Assembly (NCBI RefSeq): GCF_006345805.1
Contig: NC_042998.1
Span: 176,514,001-176,578,000, forward strand
Direction of reading: 5' to 3'
Length of the DNA stretch: 64,000 nucleotides
Source of the DNA: Octopus sinensis
Taxonomy: Eukaryota
Part shown: one piece after another, positions 14,479 through 25,900 of the stretch
Layout: each line of letters opens with the position of its first letter
How positions within the stretch are numbered: the stretch's first letter is position 1
Position numbers and translations under genes: made by a program
Notes under the pieces: model-generated
What the model saw: only the letters and a program-made list of their open reading frames with translations
The model's database searches: none
Told to the model about the DNA's origin: nothing

Positions 14479-14601
14479 GGCAAAGTCTGGCGGATAACAC
14501 GTTGTCGAATTTTGCACACTCTTATAGGACACACTGCATCTGTCTTTGCCGGAGATCTGAGCGATACCGGTTCAGAAGCGGTCACTGGTTCAGCAGATAA
14601 G
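14479..14601 (+). CDS. Internal exon encoding one WD40 repeat of an unidentified WD-repeat protein
   Basis: Acceptor ttttatattttcag, donor AAG|gtaagg, 123 bp open in phase 0: GKVWRITRCRILHTLIGHTASVFAGDLSDTGSEAVTGSADK (KVW, TLxGH and TGSxD WD40 motifs). Confidence 0.88.
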
Positions 14602-14649
14602 GTAAGGAGGAATCGAGGAAATTATTAAAGTGTATATGTTGCAAAACAT

Positions 14650-14846
14650 ATGTGTGTGTGTCTTTGTGTCTGTGTTTATGCCCCATCACCGCTTAACAAT
14701 CGGTGTTGGTGTGTTTATGTACCCCGTAACTTAGCCGCTCAGCAAGAAGGGTAGAACAGAATAAACACTAGGTTTCAAGACTAAGTCCTAGGGTCTGTGC
14801 TCCGTCATAGCCGTAGTCAAATGACTAAAACAAGTAAAGATAAAAG
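14650..14846 (+). mobile_element. SINE family A, 3' half
   Basis: CAATCGGTGTTGGTGTGTTT...GAAACAAGTAAAGATAAAAG-like block homologous to 33170-33360. Confidence 0.65.
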
Positions 14847-14941
14847 ATATATATATATATTATATATATATATATAAGGTAAGGATGACTCGAGAAAATT
14901 ATTGAAGTATATATATGCTATTAAAGTATATCTGTCAGTAT

Positions 14942-14974
<33 letters not shown>

Positions 14975-15120
14975 TATATTATTATATTATTATTATTATT
15001 AATACACAAATATGAGAGAGAGAATAATATTTACTGAATCTCAGTCTTTTATACACTAGGCCACCGGTGTTTAAATTGATGTTATTAAATTAACATCCAA
15101 TTTTTTCACTCTCATTTTGA

Positions 15121-15159
<39 letters not shown>

Positions 15160-15355
15160 TGAAAAAGAACAAAGAAAAATACAATAAAAAAACAACAACG
15201 TGAGGACGCGGTACATGCAAAGTATTAATAAGATGCTCAGGAAAGAAAAGAAAGGGTGTTTTACGTTTCGAGCAAAGCTCTTTCTCCAGAAACAGGAGAT
15301 AGAGGAAAGTCCAAAAGAAAAAGAAGACGGAGGTAGAGAATCGGCAACAATCCAC
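15160..15355 (-). mobile_element. Short HHR-bearing repeat, decayed copy of the 28767-28946 family
   Basis: Minus strand TGTTT-CTGGAGA-AA-GAGC TTT GCTC-GAAAC-GTA-AAACA (15257-15294); core A6 changed to G. Confidence 0.7.
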
Positions 15356-15374
15356 ACGTAGTTATATATTTGAA

Positions 15375-15889
15375 TTAGCAGTATCGCCCGGCGTTGCTCG
15401 GGTTTGTAAGGGAAATATCTATATAAGCATTTTTAGAGAGTTACTTCCCTTATAGATGCCAATTCGGGCTTTCTTAGCCATTTTTGTTTTGGTGTCTTCA
15501 AGCCATGAAGTCGTTGTTCTAAAAGAACGCTGGTCTCCTTGACAACGCTTTACGACGTTGATTTCCTTACACTCCCTTCCCCACAGCTTCACGAGGGAGG
15601 GAAGAAGGGGGAGAAATAAACAGGTGCAGGTGTGACCATGGACGCCAACTCCGCCGCCATTTGACACACGAAAAATTATGCATTAAAATGGAATAAAAAA
15701 TGATGTTAAATTATTTTTAAAATCGTAGACTCATCGTAGACGCGCGCTAATACTCAGACGGGCTCGATATGAATCACGACTATAAGATACCCGAATTTGG
15801 TTAAACTGCACCGCAAAATGTGGGAGTAGTTAGGAATCTAAATCGAAAGGGACAGACACTCACACAACTACAGTTTTATATATATAGAT
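15375..15889 (+). mobile_element. Non-autonomous Helitron-like repeat (Lep1/DINE-type), copy 1 with an internal segment absent from the other copies
   Basis: 5' TAGCAGTATCGCCCGGCGTTGCTCGGG hairpin end and 3' TTTTATATATATAGAT end; two more copies in the window. Confidence 0.7.
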
Positions 15890-16305
15890 ATATATTTTGT
15901 GTTCTGCATAGAAGCAATGAACGTTATCAGAACTTTCGACTCGGGCCAAATTGAACAAATTGCTTCAAATCCTTGCAAGAGTATCCGCGTAAATGGAGTC
16001 GAGACAAGATACTTTATACTGGCATCGAATCGTGAAGTTTAATAATTAAATGAAACCAAATAATGATATTTTATAATGTATTAACTGAAGAAAATCTTGC
16101 GTAAGAAATGAATTTCCTCTTATCTTTTACGTAATGATCTGAAACGTGAATATTAAATGCTTCCAAAATATCACTATTTGGTTTGACTAAGGTGGCTAGC
16201 TGGCCGAACCGCTGACACGTTGAACAAAACTCAGTCGATAACTGGATCTAACCGCCTTAATAATAATGATGATGATAATAATAATAATAATAAGAAGAAG
16301 AATAA

Positions 16306-16340
<35 letters not shown>

Positions 16341-18662
16341 GGTTGAAATATCTAACAGGAATGCACAAAAATCTGGCTGAAAACTTTAACAGCATACTAG
16401 CAGAGCCAGAGACAATGCCTGAATGGCTCACGAAGGGGAAAACCATCTTAATTCCCAAATCAAATGAAACAACAAAACCAGAAAACTACAGACCAATAAC
16501 CTGCCTCCCTACTATGTTCAAGGCATTTACTGCAGTGATATCGCAAAGGCTGAACAAGCACCTGGACGAAAACAAACTGTTCCCAGAAGAGCAGAAAGGA
16601 TGCCGCAAGGGCTCATATGACTGTAAAGATCAACTAATGATTAATAAAGCCGTAACTGAAGACAGCCCCAGAAAGAAGAAAGGCCTCAGTATGGCCTGGA
16701 TTGACTACAAAAAGGCGTTTGATAGCATCCCCCACACATGGATCCTCGAAACACTAGCCATTAACAAAGTAGCACCAACAATCATAAAATTCATAGAGCA
16801 CTCTATGAATAAATGGCAAACAGTCCTACACCTCCAAACAAAAGAGGGACTCATGAAAACAAAGACATCCCCATTAGAAGAGGAATATTCCAGGGAGACA
16901 CGCTCTCTCCACTCCTTTTCTGCTTGGCACTGTCACCTCTATCTGATATGCTAAATAGAACTGGATGCGGATATAAATGTTACGGCAAAACGATCAGCCA
17001 CCTTTTATATATCGATGACCTAAAACTATACGCTGCAAATGACAAACAGCTGGAAACACTATTAAAGACAGTTCATGGATTTACCAAAGAAATAGATATG
17101 AAATTGGATTAGAAAAATGCGCCAAAGTAACCATGAAAAGAGGAAAACTAGTAAGAGTAACAACATCACACTAGATAAAACCAATGAAATAAAAGAATTA
17201 GACCAAAGCCAAACTTACAAATACTTAGGAATCCATGAACTAGATAAGACACAACACACACAAATAAGAGAAAATAAAAAAAGAATATTATAGACGAGTT
17301 AGATCAATACTAAAAACAGAGCTCAATGCTAAAAACAAGATAATAGGTATCAACACTTTAGCTGTCCCAGTTATAAGTTACAGTTACAATATCCTTAACT
17401 GGACACGAAATGAACTGTCCAAAATAGATAGGAAAACAAGAAAAATACTGACAGGATCTAGGATGCATCACCCAAAATCTGACATAGAAAGACTATATAT
17501 ACAACGTATAGAAGATGGTAGAGGCCTTATACAGCTGGAAAACTACTATAAAATAACCACCATAGGACTGCAAAAATACCTACTTCAGAAGGAAGGAAAA
17601 CTGATCCAGATAGCAGCAAAACACGAGCAAAACAAAAAATTGTTCTCAGTATTTAAGGAAGCTGACAAATACAAACAAGAAATCATACCACCTAATAAAC
17701 ACAAAGAAGAAGAAGAAGATGATGAAGAAACAACAAAAGCTATAAAACAAATGAAATCCAAACTAAAAATAGAACAGCAACGAGCCATGATAAAACGATG
17801 GCAAGAAAAGCCCCTTCATGGTAAATACTGCACTAAACTAAACGCAAAAGAAATAGACAAAGAAAAATCCCAGCAATGGTTGAGAAGCTCAGGACTCAAA
17901 GCAGAGAACAGAGGGATTTTTAATTGCAGCACAAGACCAAAGCCTCCCCACCAGAAATTACCAAAAGCATGTAATGAAAAGAAATATTACAAGTAACTGC
18001 AGAATATGTGGAGATGGACAAGAAACAATAAATCATATTATCTCTAGCTGCCCAGTCCTGGCTAAGAAGGAATATATTCACAGACATGACAGAGTTGGAA
18101 CCTACATACATTGGAAGCTATGCCAACATTATGGAATAACAACAGAAAAAAGATGGTATAGGCACACACCAGAAAAGGTCACAGAAAACGAGAAAGCAAC
18201 CATACTCTGGGATATGCCGATACACACAGATAGAGAAATTAAGGCCAACAGACCAGATATAGTTGTCAGAGATCATGAAGAAAAAAAATGCTTTCTAATT
18301 GATGTATCAATACCGGCAGACGACAACGTGTCTCTAAAAGAAATGGAGAAACTCTCAAAATACAAAGACCTGGAAATAGAGGTAACTAGAATGTGGAACC
18401 TGAAAACAGAAACAATTCCTATCATAGTAGGCGCATTAGGCATGATAAAAAAATATTCAGACAAATACATAACAAAAACACCAGGACTTACAAACACATA
18501 TAACATACAGAAAATTGCACTACTAGGCACTGCACACATCCTACGCAGAACACTTTCCATACAATAACCATCAGAGCATCACAACAAATCACAGCACATA
18601 CCCAAGGCACACAGAGCTGCGCTCGGTAGTGAAGTGAAAGCACGCTATAAAAATAAAACTAC
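16341..18662 (+). mobile_element. 5'-truncated R4/Dong-clade non-LTR retrotransposon (RT + CCHC + RLE), frameshifted, inserted in (TAA)n
   Basis: RT motifs NYRPITCL, WIDYKKAFDS, RGIFQGDTLSP, HLLYIDDLKLY; CRICG...HIISSC zinc knuckle; RHD; RPDIVV...IDVSIP...EKLSKY endonuclease; (TAA)n on both sides, the known Dong target. Confidence 0.93.
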
Positions 18663-18725
<63 letters not shown>

Positions 18726-18758
18726 TTAATAATAATACGCCAAATTTTTGTACATACT

Positions 18759-21292
18759 TGACGCGTGTGTCACGCTTAAGGGAAAGAAATTGCTGAAAGA
18801 ATTTTTATTGCTAAAATAAAAAAAAATTAACTAAATCTCTTGTAATTTCTAAAAGAGATTTGAAACCACCACCTATGTGTTGTACTACTATTTCTCAACA
18901 CCCATGCCTACTGAGTCACCGAAAGAGCAAGGTTCTTGATGAGAAAATTAAGATACTAAAATTTGACGTGTGTTTCGAGCAAGGGACAAAGAAAGTGAGA
19001 GAGTGAGAGGGAGTGGATGGGGTGTTTAACTTCCTTTCTACAATTTAACTGAAACTGACTCCTGGCTATTGAAGGTTCAACTACACACACACAAATACAC
19101 ACATTTGTTTGAGGTCTTCTAACCATTTGAATTCGGCCATACACCAGATAACATGTTAAGTCTTATGTTCCGAAATTTAAATTTTGAATATATTTTAATT
19201 ATAAAATTACACCTCAGCTAAAATGCATCTTTTGGCTTTCAAATACAACCTCTTCGGTGGAGCTGGAGGACAGTCGCTCCCCCCACCTCTAAACTGACCT
19301 TTCCGTTTTGTTCTTTTACACCGGATTCGTATGTTTTCGCTGACGGAGATTCCAAATATGCAAAAAAAACACGTTTTCAAAATTCTTAATTCTACCCTAC
19401 CACCAACAAATCTTAAGTTTTTGACTTTTTCGAATTATTTTTTCAATCTACGTGGGAAAGTACGGAAATTAAGAATACAGGACCGAATTTTTTAATGAAA
19501 AATTCCAAAATTGATCCACACTCCATCCCGCATTCTAAAAGTGAAAATGAACGTCTGTTTTGTGCATTTTCGCATGCTTAGATATATAGTGAAAAAGCAA
19601 AAAGGACTACGGCATGTGAAGCCCTCACCACGAAACTTGATATGCTAAAAATAACAGCTAAATATCTGGAGAAATTTTGTGCTTGTTGGTGCGTGCAATT
19701 TCTATGGCTTATCGGAATGAACAGAGAAAGAAGTACACAAAATATATTTTGTTTTTTTTTTCGCTTTAAAGGTAAACGATTCTTATAAAAGTAATTATTT
19801 TGCTGTTAATTCATTGGATTAATTCCAACAAAATACTACAAGTTTAATCACTGGCTCAGCACCTATGTTTGTGATATTCATTCCAGAATAATAAAAACTT
19901 CAACATACTTCCAAAATGGGACTTCATCCATGTGTATCCGCGTGCATATAAGTGCATGTGTGTGTATGTGTGGGGAAACATTTACGGAAATATACTCATA
20001 AAATTTCTATTAAAATAAGTTGTCTTTATATGCCATGTTTGCAATTCTCCATATAAATGATAGCAAACTGTGTATCAAATGCAATTAAAATCATGGTTCA
20101 GTGACAGATCGATCAAGTTACTAAAGTCTTAACGATGTTGGTAACAACATATTTTCTCTTTTAATTAAATATTGAAAAAGAGAGAAAATGCAAGGGAAAT
20201 TAATTTTGGCGGTAACGAGTAAACTGCTTGATTCATTATCACAGTTAAAAAGAAATCCAGAAGTGTAACATTGCGCAAGCTCAGTTCATTTCCGTAAATG
20301 TTTTCCTCCATCACACTACCCCACCCCTAAACACACATGCACATATATGCCCGCGGATATACAAGGATCTTAAAGTTTTTATTATTTTGGAATGAAGAAT
20401 ACAAACATAGGTGCTGAGCCAGTGACTAAACTTGTAGTATTTTGTTGGGATTAATCCAATGAATTGACAGCAAAATAACTGCTTCTGGTGGAAAAACACT
20501 AAAAAAAAATCGGAAAGGTCAGTTTAGTGGGTGGGAGGAACTGTCCTCCAGTTCCACCACCTTTTTTTTATCTCTTTCTATATTTTTTGTTATGTTAGAA
20601 TTTCTCTGTTTTAGTCATGATTACCGCCAAAATTAATTTCCCTTGTTTTTTCTCTCTTTTTCAATATCCAATTAAAAGAGAAAATATGTTGTTACTTGAT
20701 CGATCTGTCATTGAACCAGGATTTCAATTTCATTTAATACACAGTTTGCTATCATTTATATGGAGAATTGCAAGCGTGGCATATAAAGACAATTTATTTT
20801 AATAGAAATTTTATGAGTATATTTCGTAAATGTTTCCCCCACACATACACACACATGCACTTATACGCACGCGGATACACATGGATGAAGTCCCATTTTG
20901 GAAGTATATTGAAGTTTTTTATTATTCTGGAATGAATATCACAAACATAGGTGCTGAGCCAGTGATTAAACTTGTAGTATTTTGTCGGGATTAGACAGTA
21001 AAATAATTGCTTTTATAAGAATCGTTTACCTTTACAGCGAAAAAAAACCCCGAATATATACGATAGTTATAAAAAATATATTTTGTGTACTTCTTTCTCT
21101 GTTCATTCGGATAAGCTATAGAAACTGTTGCTCGCACACACCCACAAGCACAAAATTTCTCCAGATATTTAGCTGTTAATTTTAGCATATCAAGTTTCTT
21201 CTAGAATTACAAGCGATTTAGTTAAAAAAATTTATTTAAGCAACAAAATCTCTTTCAACAATTTCTTTCTCTTAAGCGTGACACACGTGTCA
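18759..21292. mobile_element. Large non-coding foldback / non-autonomous DNA element with nested inverted repeats
   Basis: Termini TGACGCGTGTGTCACGCTTAAG and CTTAAGCGTGACACACGTGTCA; inner inverted arms 19632-20215 and 20621-21198; further inverted block near 19255-19300 and 20515-20560. Confidence 0.75.
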
Positions 21293-21339
21293 GGGAGGTG
21301 CAACAAACAAATTGACATATTAATATTATTAATAATAAT

Positions 21340-21530
21340 CCTTTCTACTATAGGTACAAGGCCTGAAATTTGGGGAGAGGAAGCAAATCGATTAGATCGA
21401 CCCCAGTATGCAACTGGTACTTAATTTGTCGGCCCCGAAAGGATGAAAGGAAACGTCAACCACGGCGGGATTTGAACTCAGATCCTAGCAACGGCCGAAA
21501 TACCGTTAAGAATTTCATCCAGCGTGCTAA
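21340..21530 (-). mobile_element. SINE family B fragment
   Basis: Reverse complement of the GCCTTTCATCCTTTCGGGGTCGAT...AGTACCAG central domain. Confidence 0.7.
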
Positions 21531-21531
21531 C

Positions 21532-21592
<61 letters not shown>

Positions 21593-21600
21593 TAATAATA

Positions 21601-22088
21601 CGATGTTGACAAACCCCTAACCCATCAATGGTTAGTTTCTTCTGGCTTAAAATCAGAAATAGAAGGCTTAGTTGTAGCAGCCCAAGATCAATGCCTACCT
21701 ACAAGAAACTACCAAGACAACGTATTAAAGAATTGCATTTGAATTTTTCCTGCGCCTACAGAGTATCTCAACAGGCATGATAGAACAGAACAATATATAT
21801 ACGCAGTGTAATTTGCAAAAACCTGGACTTGCCCCATGATAAAAACTGGGGGAACACAAACCACCTCAAGTGCTTGAAAATGATCACATCTCACTCCTCA
21901 AGAACTTCACCGTTCAAACTGACAGAAAGATAGATGCGAATAGGCCAGACATTATATGGAAAGACTTCAGACAAAAATCATGCCTGCTCATTGATATGAC
22001 TGTCCCAATCGACATAAATGTATCTGTCAAGACCTATCAAAAATGAGCGAGCATAAATATTTTGAAATAGAAATTGGCAAAATGTGAT
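21601..22088 (+). mobile_element. R4/Dong-like C-terminal fragment (second subfamily) following (TAA)n
   Basis: DVDKPLTHQWLVSSGLKSEIEGLVVAAQDQCLPTRNY ... DANRPDII...CLLIDMTVP. Confidence 0.8.
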
Positions 22089-22239
22089 CAAGTGTATATA
22101 TTGCACATTAGCTCACTCCCTCTATCAAACTGATGTTCCCTAAACAGATGCACCATGTACCACGAGTCAGGTGTCCAAGCGATCGCAGAGCAACGTGAAC
22201 AACAACAACAATAATAATAATTAAAATAACACTTTCTAC

Positions 22240-22557
22240 ACAAGATCTGAAATTTTGGGGGAGGGGGCTAGTAGATTACAGCAACCCCAGTGTTTCATTA
22301 GTACTTATTTTATCGACTCCGAAAGAATGAAAGGCAAAGTCGACCTCTCGGAATTTGACCTTATAACGTTAAGACGGGCGAAATGCCACTAAGCATTACA
22401 TCGACCCCAGTATGCAACTGGTACTTTGCTTTTCATCCTTTCGTGGTCGATAAAATATTTATCGACCACGAAAGGATGAAAAGCAAAGTCGACCTCGCGG
22501 AATTTGAACTTAGAACGTGGGCTTGTTTACCAATCCGCCAGCTCGCCGCCCTTCGTC

Positions 22558-22560
<3 letters not shown>
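22240..22560 (-). mobile_element. SINE family B, two decayed tandem units
   Basis: Repeated GAAAGGATGAAA(G/A)GCAAAGTCGACCTC blocks. Confidence 0.7.
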
Positions 22561-22616
<56 letters not shown>

Positions 22617-22617
<1 letters not shown>

Positions 22618-22680
22618 GTCTCTTGAGGTCTCTGGGTAAGACTTGGAGCCAGCTTGTGCAAATGTAAGCAAAGTCCCATA
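22617..22680 (+). mobile_element. Isolated 3' UTR tip of a Dong-like element between two (TAA)n tracts
   Basis: TCTCTTGAGGTCTCTGGGTAAGACTTGGAGCC..., bracketed by TAA repeats; assignment to Dong is inferred from context. Confidence 0.5.
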
Positions 22681-22685
22681 TAATA

Positions 22686-22774
<89 letters not shown>

Positions 22775-23338
22775 GAAGTAAATAAATAAATAAATAAAAG
22801 CCAATTATTTCAGAATCCATCAATGTATAAAGAATATGCTGATCTGCTGAAAGAAAACCATACATATATAAAATATATAATAAAAAAATAAGAGTAAAAC
22901 TGAACTGGGAACCAAAATGATAGATCACGTGGGAGAAAAGCATTTAAATAAATATCTGGCGATAGCTGCGAGTAAAACTTCTAAATATCTTACTCATCAT
23001 TTGTTTTAGAGGAAGTTTTAAATATTTCAAGCAATTATTTCTTTATCTATCTATCTACCAATCTATCTATTTTTGTGTGTAGGCATGTGTCTATATGTAT
23101 GTGTGTGTGTATATATAAGTGTGTATATGTATAGTATACATATATGTGTGTGTGTGTCAATATATATATGTATATGTATATGTATGTATTTAGATATATT
23201 AATATATATATATATATATATGTACATAAATATGTATATATATATTATATGTATGTATATTATATTGTATATATATGTTATATATATATTATATATATTA
23301 TATATATATATATATATATGGATTATGTATATATATTA

Positions 23339-23383
<45 letters not shown>

Positions 23384-23427
23384 TGTGTGTATGTATATAA
23401 GTTTATAAGCAAAACATTCAAACACTG

Positions 23428-23600
23428 AGATTTGAATCAGATGTCACTACTGTTCATATCATCTGTGGTTAAATTTTAAAGTTGATGATATCACCAGCAG
23501 TGACATAGGTGGATTGCAGGCGCAATAGCATTAAATAGCTATGAATTATAGATTTGTACGAAGCGTAAGGATGCTTAACAAGCATCCACCTGCTATATAG
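23428..23600 (-). repeat. Dispersed repeat with a 21-bp stem / 20-nt loop hairpin (second copy 63820-63990, +)
   Basis: Hairpin arms 23443-23463 and 23484-23504; homologous copy arms 63911-63931 and 63952-63972. Confidence 0.7.
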
Positions 23601-23631
23601 ATAAGTATATATATATATATATATATATATA

Positions 23632-24011
23632 GTGACGCATATATGCCATTTGAATATGGCTCACCCATAAGGGTGGATGCTACTATAGTTTGTAGCCCCA
23701 GGAAGAAATCTCCTCCGGCTGGCTATAGACACACTACCTGTGTCCTCTCAGTATTTGTGAAGGGGAGTCATCCTCCCCGTCTTCAACACATGATACACAC
23801 GTACCCGAGTTTCAATGTGTTTACCTTTCATCAGCGTGTGACAATCATGGTTGTCAACGAGAAATCAGATCCCTTCACAAATACATATACTTTTTCCAGT
23901 GTCCGATTGACACTGATATTGAAAAAGTGAAATCAAACAATGATAAATCTCAGAGCGAGTTATAAACAGTAGCGGTAACACATCGTGACGCATATATGCC
24001 ATTTGAATATG
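23632..24011 (-). mobile_element. 353-nt HHR-bearing unit with a 27-nt terminal direct repeat (Penelope/retrozyme-like), in (TA)n
   Basis: GTGACGCATATATGCCATTTGAATATG at 23632-23658 and 23985-24011; HHR on the minus strand at 23796-23840. Confidence 0.75.
23796..23840 (-). ncRNA. Type-I hammerhead ribozyme motif, canonical core
   Basis: CACACG-CTGATGA-AAGGT AAAC ACATT-GAAA-CTCGGG-TA-CGTGTG; 6-bp stem I, GUA triplet. Confidence 0.75.
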
Positions 24012-24013
24012 AC

Positions 24014-24093
<80 letters not shown>

Positions 24094-24303
24094 AATTTAT
24101 GGGACCAACTGTCTTTAAAGACTCATATTGTTGTTGAATGCTTGAAACAAGTAGTAGATAGACAGCCTACAACTGATGAAGGGTCGTTTCTCTGTGTTTA
24201 CTTGTCCTGTTTTCCATTTTTTCTCTCTTTGTTTATGTATTTAACTCGTTTGTTTACATATTTCATGTTGTTTACTCAGTTGGTAATGTCCTGTACCCAT
24301 ATA

Positions 24304-24356
<53 letters not shown>

Positions 24357-24366
24357 TATAATATAT

Positions 24367-24404
<38 letters not shown>

Positions 24405-24411
<7 letters not shown>

Positions 24412-24725
24412 CGGAGATGTATTCGCATAGCAAGTGAATTGATCTGAGATCGTGTGCTGGACGAAAACAATTGCAGCGTTGAAGGTGTTTGTAAGCCATT
24501 TAAGAACACACACAAAAGCGTTCGATTCACTTTCAACATTTAAGTTTAATTTGTAAAAATATTTTCGTCGCTAAAATCCATCTGCAGCACGGATTTTTGT
24601 CAGTGAACAGGTCGCGGATTTTAGCGACGAAAAATATTTTGACAAATTAACTTAAATGTTGAAGTGAATCGAACGGCTTTGTGTGTTTCTTAATGGCTTA
24701 CAAACACCTTCCACGCTGCAGTTGT
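24405..24725. mobile_element. Head-to-head foldback of a short repeat carrying a G3-C8 variant hammerhead motif (24596-24646, +)
   Basis: Inverted arms about 24466-24568 and 24619-24724; TTTGTCA-GTGAACA-G-GTCGC..GCGAC-GAAA-AATATT-T-TGACAAA. Confidence 0.7.
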
Positions 24726-24782
24726 AGATATATATATATATATATAATATATATATATATATAATATATATATATATATATA

Positions 24783-25055
24783 GTAATAATCCTTGGATGG
24801 AATTTATAAATAGTTAAAGCATGGCTACGCTCGTTTCACAAATCACATGTCTCTTAAGAGCACAGTCCGTATCTCTGGGATGATTAAAGTGTAGTCCGTG
24901 GTATCCGTAGTATCCATGAAGATGCCCACAGATACTACAGACCTCCCTATAATTAGGAATACGGACTGTGATCTTAAGAGACATGTGATTTGTGGAAACC
25001 AGCGTAGTCAATCAGCGTAGTTAATTGTTTAGAATTCCTTCCATGGATTATTGTT
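24783..25055. mobile_element. MITE-like element with long imperfect terminal inverted repeats
   Basis: Inner arms 24824-24872 and 24959-25008; outer arms 24786-24804 and 25033-25051. Confidence 0.7.
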
Positions 25056-25298
25056 ATTATTATTACTTTTACCCCACATTATATCGGTACAGCTCGATGC
25101 AACCCCCAAAACTGGTTCACTAGAGAGCATCATTAGACTGTAGGCGGAATAATGGAATATGAACTTTATTTACATCTTCAAAAAGTTTCCCGTAAACAAA
25201 TTTAAAAGATGCACACACACACATACACGCACAAAAACACACATAAACACATACATGTGTTTGTTTGTGCGTGTGTGTGTGTGTGTGTATGTGTGTAT

Positions 25299-25333
<35 letters not shown>

Positions 25334-25900
25334 TGTTGTGTGTGTGTGATTATAAATTCAAAGAAGGCTTCTCTTGCCTGCTTTGACTTCTTTCAAATAT
25401 ATGTAATGACACAATGAGGACAACTAGGATTTCAAGGCGCAAACTCGCCACTTTTAGAAAACTTTTTTTCTTTCATGATCATTCTATATTTATTCTTTGC
25501 TTCTATGGCTTCTTTAATCGAAGAGAAAGTAATATTTTTGAAATAGTTCCTATTACTAATCATTCAGTGAAATTCGATTGCAGTCGTTTAGATAAGCGAT
25601 CAACTTAAGAAAGTCCTTATAGTCGTAGTATATTACCGGTGCATGCTTCGTTACCTCTAGAATGAAATAAAGATGGCACCGATATAATATCACTTTAAAT
25701 GAAACGGAAGACTCGAGAATCTTGATACATGTTGAGTTTCTTATCCTGAATTGTTCATACCCTCTTACATCTTACTATTATTCTCTCGATTGAGAATATG
25801 CATAACTGTAATATATTATAATGAAAAAAGAATGATAGCTAAAATGAACAGACACTGAAAAAGAGGCTCATATTATACATTAAAATGTATATATATATAT

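Noticed and set aside
16084-16110. CTGAAGA...GAAA
   Set aside because: No stem II closing pair and no stem I or stem III.
24140-24200. GAAAC...CTGATGA as a type-II hammerhead
   Set aside because: Stem I does not abut the core and no stem II partner was found.
24960-25012. CTTAAGA...GAAAC...GTA in the MITE arms
   Set aside because: The essential G5 is T in both arms, and the segment is explained by the palindrome CTCTTAAGAG.
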